Positions 58,831 through 64,000 of a stretch of 64,000 bases of DNA are shown here, piece by piece; within the stretch, counting starts at the first letter, position 1; each line of letters starts with the position of its first letter. The stretch spans positions 14,978-78,977 of the forward strand of contig CAXNGS010000005.1 in the NCBI GenBank assembly GCA_964202055.1. Direction: 5' to 3'. Both the position numbers and the translations under genes were made by a program. A model generated the notes under the pieces. That model saw only the letters and a list, made by a program, of their open reading frames with translations, searched no databases and was not told the origin of the DNA. The stretch comes from Bdellovibrionota bacterium. GTDB lineage: Bacteria > Bdellovibrionota > UBA2428.

Positions 58831-59688
58831 ATGAATCGAATCCTAAAAGCGATTAGCTTTTCAGCCCTCCTCGTTCTTAATTCTTGCGCCTATCAATATC
58901 GAATTAAAGACGTAGATAAAGCCCTTGATCGAAACGAAAAGCAGCTCGGAAAAATGCAAAAGCAAATCGGAGCTGATTTGAAGAACAAATCTAAAATCTT
59001 GGACTGCTTTAGTGAAGCAGATGGTGCCAGCAATTCTTCACAAGAAATCACGGATAAAATTAATGACCTGCAAGCCAAGCAACAAGAAGTTAGCAAAGCC
59101 ACCGCCCAACTAGAGGGCGGCATGAAATTAGTTCGCGCCAAAATGAAGGGCAAAAAGACCATCAACAGCCAAGAGTCAGACTACCCGGAATTCAAAAAAT
59201 CACTCGACGACTTAGAAGGCCTCAGTAAAAACCTGCAGAAAGCGCTAGATGGCTACAGCAAAAGCTCATCGTCTTTTCAAGCGGAAGCCAAACGCCGCAA
59301 AATTCTCATATTAGACTTTAACACTTTGGCGGCTGACTTAGCCAAAGCCACCTCAAGCACCGAAGCCTCGATAGTTGCCGCAAAAAAAGAGATCGCCTCT
59401 GCTAAAAAAATCATCGGAAAATCAGAAATCAAAGACAAAGAAAAAAGAATGGTCGCTCTCGAGAAAATGAACGGACTTCTTGGGGAAGCTACGGTTGAAG
59501 CCACCGCGGCGAAATCTGCTGCCACAAATTTAAACAAAGAGTTTCCGCAAAAAGGCTTGGTTTGTCTGGCGCCTCACCACTCGGCATATTCCTATATCAA
59601 TGACCTTAATGGACATAGCCAGCGGATTTCAAAAATTGGCCAGGCGCTCAATAAATTATCCAAGGAAGTTTCCGCCAAAGGAAAATGA
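58831..59688 (+). CDS. Coiled-coil lipoprotein, hypothetical
   Basis: The lipobox reads LVLNSCAY, and the protein is Lys/Glu/Ala-rich with heptad character throughout. Confidence 0.65.
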   Translation: MNRILKAISFSALLVLNSCAYQYRIKDVDKALDRNEKQLGKMQKQIGADLKNKSKILDCFSEADGASNSSQEITDKINDLQAKQQEVSKATAQLEGGMKLVRAKMKGKKTINSQESDYPEFKKSLDDLEGLSKNLQKALDGYSKSSSSFQAEAKRRKILILDFNTLAADLAKATSSTEASIVAAKKEIASAKKIIGKSEIKDKEKRMVALEKMNGLLGEATVEATAAKSAATNLNKEFPQKGLVCLAPHHSAYSYINDLNGHSQRISKIGQALNKLSKEVSAKGK

Positions 59689-59699
59689 AGTAGAAAAAA

Positions 59700-61268
59700 A
59701 TGAAGCTAGACGAATATTTTTTGCTGGCGGCCTTTTCTTATCTTCGTGCGGATTCCGCACTCTCTAAAAATTTACAATCCACCCTTTCGTCGTCGCCCTA
59801 TGAATTTATAAAGCCAAGGCTGCCTGGAGAGTTTTCCGTAGGGTCAACCGAGCCTTCGGGCCGCGCCATTGGCTTCTTTGAGTGGGCCGACAGCCTGCGC
59901 CGCGAAGGAATTTTATCGATGAGGGTCTCGCGCATCGGCACCACTCTTCCGGAAAATCTTGAGTTTACGGCGGCTACCCTTTTTGGATCATCGCAAGAAA
60001 TTTTACGAGTGAGCACAAAAATTACCAATCATGATTATTTATTATCACCCTCGGCAAGTCCCCGATTTAAAGCCACTGCTGAAAACTTCGTCTCAATTGT
60101 GGACCAACAAGCAGATCCCGCAGAACTGTGGGCTTATATCAGCGCTCGAATCAAAGAGTTTTTAACTTTGAACGGAGATCTCTTCAATCCAAGCAAAACC
60201 GGCAAGCAACTGATGCTCGAGCTACCCAACAATTCGCTATGGGATCCGCTTGGAGACTCCTTATTTCGAGAGCTACAAGTTTTTGCATTATGTGAAAACT
60301 TTGAAATAGTGATTCCTAAAAACTTATCATCCCTGGTGAGTGCCTTTACTTTTGACGATGAATTCGATGATCCACAGCTCAAAGATTACGTTTACTTTTA
60401 CAAAGAGAAAGACGTGACGATCGAAATGTTCATTGAAATGATCGAGGCCCAAACAGAGAGCCCAGAAGTCCGACGTCGCCTGTCCCAACTATTAATCGAA
60501 AATGAAAAATCAATTTCCTTCGATTTAAATTCGCCGGAATGGAAAATTTTTCTCAAGAAAGCCAGCCCCGAACAATTTGAAACTTTGGTGGGGTGGGCAT
60601 GCCGGGCCGTTTCAAACGTTTGTTCGGAGTTTAAAAGCATGCCGATCATTCCCATCGGTCAGGAATCCTTTTGGGGACCTAGCCCCCTAGACCTTAAACG
60701 AATTAGGGCTCGAGAATCCCTTCAAAAAAAGGGCCTGCAACTGACTCCCTTTGAAGAGCCCTGGCAGTTTTACGAATTTCATCCGATGGATCAGCCCGCA
60801 AAATTTAGCGAGGCTCATGGCTTTCAAGACGATGGAGAGGGCGTAATCGAAGACTACCGCCATTCGCTCGGCCAAATCATTCCCTTTTCGAAGGAAATTA
60901 ATTCACCCTTTACCGAAGCCTTTCGATTGGCAGATTTTATTTTGCAACATCCGAAAACCATCCTTTCCGGCGGGAATTCCGCCACTCTTTTTTTAAATAG
61001 AAATGGTTTTAGCGACCTGGCTGTAGAAATATTTTTGGAAAAAACCGAATTGATTCAAAACCTAAGCTCTATGCGTTTTGAGGAAACCGAAATTATTCAA
61101 TTTCTTTCGCTAGAAGTTTCTGATGTTTTTGGGGGAATGGGTTCGTGGAATGATCAATATTTCCAGGATATTTCCCTACAAGAAAAATTCAACTCGATTT
61201 CTTCTGCTTTAATTTCAAGTCGCAACCTAGTTTTCCAATCACTACTTAATTACAACAGTGGATCCTGA
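59700..61268 (+). CDS. Hypothetical 522-aa cytoplasmic protein, no recognisable domain
   Basis: The long ORF starts 12 nt after the lipoprotein gene. Confidence 0.55.
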   Translation: MKLDEYFLLAAFSYLRADSALSKNLQSTLSSSPYEFIKPRLPGEFSVGSTEPSGRAIGFFEWADSLRREGILSMRVSRIGTTLPENLEFTAATLFGSSQEILRVSTKITNHDYLLSPSASPRFKATAENFVSIVDQQADPAELWAYISARIKEFLTLNGDLFNPSKTGKQLMLELPNNSLWDPLGDSLFRELQVFALCENFEIVIPKNLSSLVSAFTFDDEFDDPQLKDYVYFYKEKDVTIEMFIEMIEAQTESPEVRRRLSQLLIENEKSISFDLNSPEWKIFLKKASPEQFETLVGWACRAVSNVCSEFKSMPIIPIGQESFWGPSPLDLKRIRARESLQKKGLQLTPFEEPWQFYEFHPMDQPAKFSEAHGFQDDGEGVIEDYRHSLGQIIPFSKEINSPFTEAFRLADFILQHPKTILSGGNSATLFLNRNGFSDLAVEIFLEKTELIQNLSSMRFEETEIIQFLSLEVSDVFGGMGSWNDQYFQDISLQEKFNSISSALISSRNLVFQSLLNYNSGS

Positions 61269-61382
61269 GCTCTAACGCAGCACGCCGCCCGTGCTAGGTT
61301 TTCTACAGTCACCATTTTGCCATCGATGGCGCGTTCGCCCATGTGCCGCTAACATACTTAAAGGAAACTAAATTATTTTTAT

Positions 61383-62552
61383 ATGAGATTAAACAAACGC
61401 GGAATTGGATTAGCCGAAATCTTGGTGGCGGTGGCCCTTCTCGGGATGGCCAGCGTGCTGCTCATGAATATGCTCAATGGTTACTTAGACTCAAAAACCA
61501 AAGCCGAGTTCAATCACATTACTAAAAATTTCGGGCTGAATTTGTCCCGGGCCCTGGGGAATCCGGCCACTTGCGGAGCGACCTTAACCGCCGCCAACAT
61601 GTCTTCACTGGACTTAAGAACCTTCCCCAGCATCAATAAAATTATCGACGTTACCGGAGCCACTATTTATCAAGTCGGAAATACTTATTCCGAAGGAACC
61701 CTTAAACTTTTGGGGATTCGAATTCAAAAATTCACACCCGGCGCTGGGCCTGATCGAATAGCCGAAGCCACCGTTTACTTCGATATCGAGTATTTAAAAG
61801 ACACTCCGGTCAGCCCCGTGATGACTTGGGCCTATCATGCAAACGTGCGAACTCCTGACCCTCTGGTCGTAACTCCTGATGCGGAATTTTTCATTGAACA
61901 AGTTGGGGCGGTTGGTAGCGAAAAGGCCATTTGTTCTTCGGGCGTGACCGATCGCGGATACACTCAAACCAATGGCGACACCATGATCGGCCCACTGGCC
62001 ATCGATTTACCGGCAAGCTATGGCCCAATCGTTGCAGGCGACCCTTGCTTTATTTTTCCCATCCCTCCCACAGGCTGCATCGGAACCAACCCATGGTTTG
62101 GCGCGGTTGTCGCTCCGCTACTTCCCGATGAAAGCGATCAAACAGTCCCGCCAACTATTCCTTGGAAGAAAAGGTGGGGGCTTTTGGTAAACTTTGGTTA
62201 CGTAGAAACCAACAAACTTTATCTAGATTCTGATGAGCGACTGAAACAAAATATTCAGAAAATTAAAGCCCCCCTTGAGCTACTGAATCATTTAGAAGGC
62301 AGATCATTTTCATGGAAGGATTCCAATCTTTCCGACTGGGGCTTCATTGCTCAAGATGTCAAAAAATTTGCGCCCGAGCTTGTCCACGCCGGAGAAAAAA
62401 CTGGCTATTTATCAGTGCAATATTTGAGTTTATTGGCCCACCAAGTAGAAGCTCTTAAACTTTTAAAGGGCGAACAAGATGATCGAGCCCTCGAACTTAG
62501 CCAATTGAAAGAGCGGATGTCGAAGCTTCGGGCACAAATGCTCCTAAATTGA
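61383..62552 (+). CDS. Type IV pilin-like N-terminus fused to a tail-fibre-like domain with a C-terminal peptidase S74 intramolecular-chaperone domain
   Basis: The prepilin motif reads MRLNKRG|IGLAEILVAVALLGMASVLL (Gly -1, Glu +5). The tail-fibre motif reads NGDTMIGPL. The C-terminal domain (62211-62552) reads LYLDS|DERLKQNIQKI...WGFIAQDV...LSVQYLSLLAHQV with the S-D-x-R-x-K-x-N-I autocleavage signature. Confidence 0.7.
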   Translation: MRLNKRGIGLAEILVAVALLGMASVLLMNMLNGYLDSKTKAEFNHITKNFGLNLSRALGNPATCGATLTAANMSSLDLRTFPSINKIIDVTGATIYQVGNTYSEGTLKLLGIRIQKFTPGAGPDRIAEATVYFDIEYLKDTPVSPVMTWAYHANVRTPDPLVVTPDAEFFIEQVGAVGSEKAICSSGVTDRGYTQTNGDTMIGPLAIDLPASYGPIVAGDPCFIFPIPPTGCIGTNPWFGAVVAPLLPDESDQTVPPTIPWKKRWGLLVNFGYVETNKLYLDSDERLKQNIQKIKAPLELLNHLEGRSFSWKDSNLSDWGFIAQDVKKFAPELVHAGEKTGYLSVQYLSLLAHQVEALKLLKGEQDDRALELSQLKERMSKLRAQMLLN

Positions 62553-62904
62553 TCAGATACCATTCCCCAACTTTTTCATCGAAATTAAGATTGAAAAGCG
62601 CAGATTGGTCCAAATGCAGCGGCGCCCACTGGTGACAGACTGGATGCGCAACTGAGAAAATTTTAGCGTGTTTTGCCCCTTGGTGCTTATAAACAAAAGC
62701 TATTTCTTGATTCGGCCTGGGATTTGAAGGCAGGCGAACAATGCCCCCGGGTGCCACTGTTATTTGGTGATCAAAGGGGTTGAGTCTTTGTGCCCCACTC
62801 AATTCCGAATTTTTTTTCCGGCCATTTCTTAAAAAGCCCAGAGCCCTCGCGGCCGAAAACCAGATAGCGACAAAAATTAGTGACATGAAACTTCGTCGAT
62901 TCAT
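62497..62904 (-). CDS. Small secreted hypothetical protein (uncertain)
   Basis: It has a signal-peptide-like N-terminus and a His-rich middle. It overlaps the 3' end of the fibre gene by 56 nt on the opposite strand. Confidence 0.3.
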   Translation of the reverse strand: MNRRSFMSLIFVAIWFSAARALGFLRNGRKKNSELSGAQRLNPFDHQITVAPGGIVRLPSNPRPNQEIAFVYKHQGAKHAKIFSVAHPVCHQWAPLHLDQSALFNLNFDEKVGEWYLINLGAFVPEASTSALSIG

Positions 62905-62980
62905 TGAGCTTAGTATATCTCCGAAATCTTTTTACCAAAGTTTAAATATGTAAATATTCTGCCTATAATCACAGTTGAAT

Positions 62981-64000
62981 ATGAACCGATTATATTTAAT
63001 CTCAAAGACACGTCGCTCCGTCGCTGGTTTCTCCATTGCGATGGTTTTAATTTATATGTCGATTGCTTCCGGCATCGGCTATGCGCTCAGCGTCTACATG
63101 GGCAACGTTAGCAAGACCTACAAAGCATCGGAGGTAGAACAAGTCATTTCGCTTTACACCATGAACTTGCAGCGAATGCTAACCCATGCCGAAGCCTGCA
63201 CTCGAACCTTTAACCCCGGCGGAACTCATACTCCCGGAACTTACAATGGCACCACTTATACACTGAATGCAACCGTACCTGCGGATCGACTAGTCTTGGC
63301 TCCTGGAGAGCGGCAACTTCGTTATATTTTAAACACCACAGTTCCAGGAGTCTGTGGAGCCCTTCCCTGTGAAATCAGATCTGAAGCGCTCAATGTCGGC
63401 AGCGGGACTATTGATCAATCAAAGCAAGTTCGAGTTAAAGAGATTCGCATTCGAGACCTGCAAACTCCACGCCCTGCAGGATGTGATCCTTCACGCGGAG
63501 GCGACCTGTGCTCTGAGGTTAAGGTTCATATTTATTTTGAAAAACTTAATGCGCTTTCTCTCACCAAAGTCATTAAACGATCCTTTCAACTTCAAGTCCG
63601 AGTCAACGCGAATTTAAACACCCAATATTGTTATTCCACAATTGATCGCGATTATGCCGATCAAGATTTGTTCGTCAACAAAGCCGGAGACACCATGACC
63701 GGTGAACTCCAAATTAAACTTGATCCAGTTCCCGCCACCCCAACTCGTGCGCTTTATGTAAAAGATGGCTACATTCAAACGAATTTATTTTATATTGATT
63801 CTGATCGTCGGCTAAAGAAAAACATCCATGCGATTTCGGAGCCCTTTAAAATTCTAGATGGAATTCAAGGGCGCGAATTTAATTGGCGCGATTATGGCGA
63901 CAAAGATTATGGTTTCATCGCCCAAGAAGTTGAAAAAAATGAACCACAACTGGTGATTACTGATCCTAAAACGAACTTCAAAGCTATGCGTTACGCCAGC
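62981..64000 (+). CDS. Second tail-fibre-like protein with S74 intramolecular-chaperone domain, 3' end outside window; pseudopilin-like N-terminus lacking Glu+5
   Basis: The frame is open from the ATG at 62981 to the window end; it is absent from the ORF track because no stop is reached. The N-terminus reads RRSVAG|FSIAMVLIYMSIASG, the tail-fibre motif reads KAGDTMTGEL, and the chaperone signature reads LFYIDS|DRRLKKNIHAI...YGFIAQEV. Confidence 0.65.
   Translation, partial: MNRLYLISKTRRSVAGFSIAMVLIYMSIASGIGYALSVYMGNVSKTYKASEVEQVISLYTMNLQRMLTHAEACTRTFNPGGTHTPGTYNGTTYTLNATVPADRLVLAPGERQLRYILNTTVPGVCGALPCEIRSEALNVGSGTIDQSKQVRVKEIRIRDLQTPRPAGCDPSRGGDLCSEVKVHIYFEKLNALSLTKVIKRSFQLQVRVNANLNTQYCYSTIDRDYADQDLFVNKAGDTMTGELQIKLDPVPATPTRALYVKDGYIQTNLFYIDSDRRLKKNIHAISEPFKILDGIQGREFNWRDYGDKDYGFIAQEVEKNEPQLVITDPKTNFKAMRYAS

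Overview
This 64-kb window looks like a chromosomal segment from a delta-proteobacterium-like predator, probably Bdellovibrionota. The evidence is about 50% GC, many signal-peptide outer-membrane proteins, a subtilisin, phage-tail-fibre-like proteins, and primary sigma and Rho factors with low-complexity N-terminal extensions. Most of the window is conserved housekeeping sequence. One long minus-strand string reads lspA-lgt-tig-clpP-clpX-(membrane protein)-(YceI-like)-lon-tRNA-Val. The plus strand carries ileS, rho, prfA-prmC-murA, rpsU-yqeY-dnaG-rpoD, and a convergent rimO-lolA-ftsK block. Several accessory stretches lie between these: (i) 1-7.8 kb, an AT-rich arylsulfotransferase-like gene (5' truncated) followed by orphan DppB/DppC permeases translationally coupled to NagZ, then an S8 protease and two hypothetical proteins; (ii) 8.6-11.5 kb, a tri-domain acyltransferase-ACP-acyl-ACP-synthetase (Aas-like); (iii) 11.5-18.1 kb, a LysR regulator divergent from a general-stress/envelope island (DUF1328, OmpA lipoprotein, CsbD x2, ElaB/YqjD-like, YqjE-like, beta-barrel OMPs); (iv) 55.2-56.9 kb, a secreted tandem-duplicated 10-Cys protein directly after rpoD, a tRNA-Met/Ile2(CAT) and a small islet; (v) 58.8-64.0 kb, a lipoprotein, a 522-aa orphan and two adjacent tail-fibre-like proteins with C-terminal S74 intramolecular-chaperone domains, one with a canonical type IV prepilin N-terminus. 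Block (v) is the most likely candidate for an undescribed pilus-tip or surface adhesin cassette. I found no CRISPR array, transposase, integrase or rRNA. All calls come from reading the sequence and ORF translations; no database search was run.
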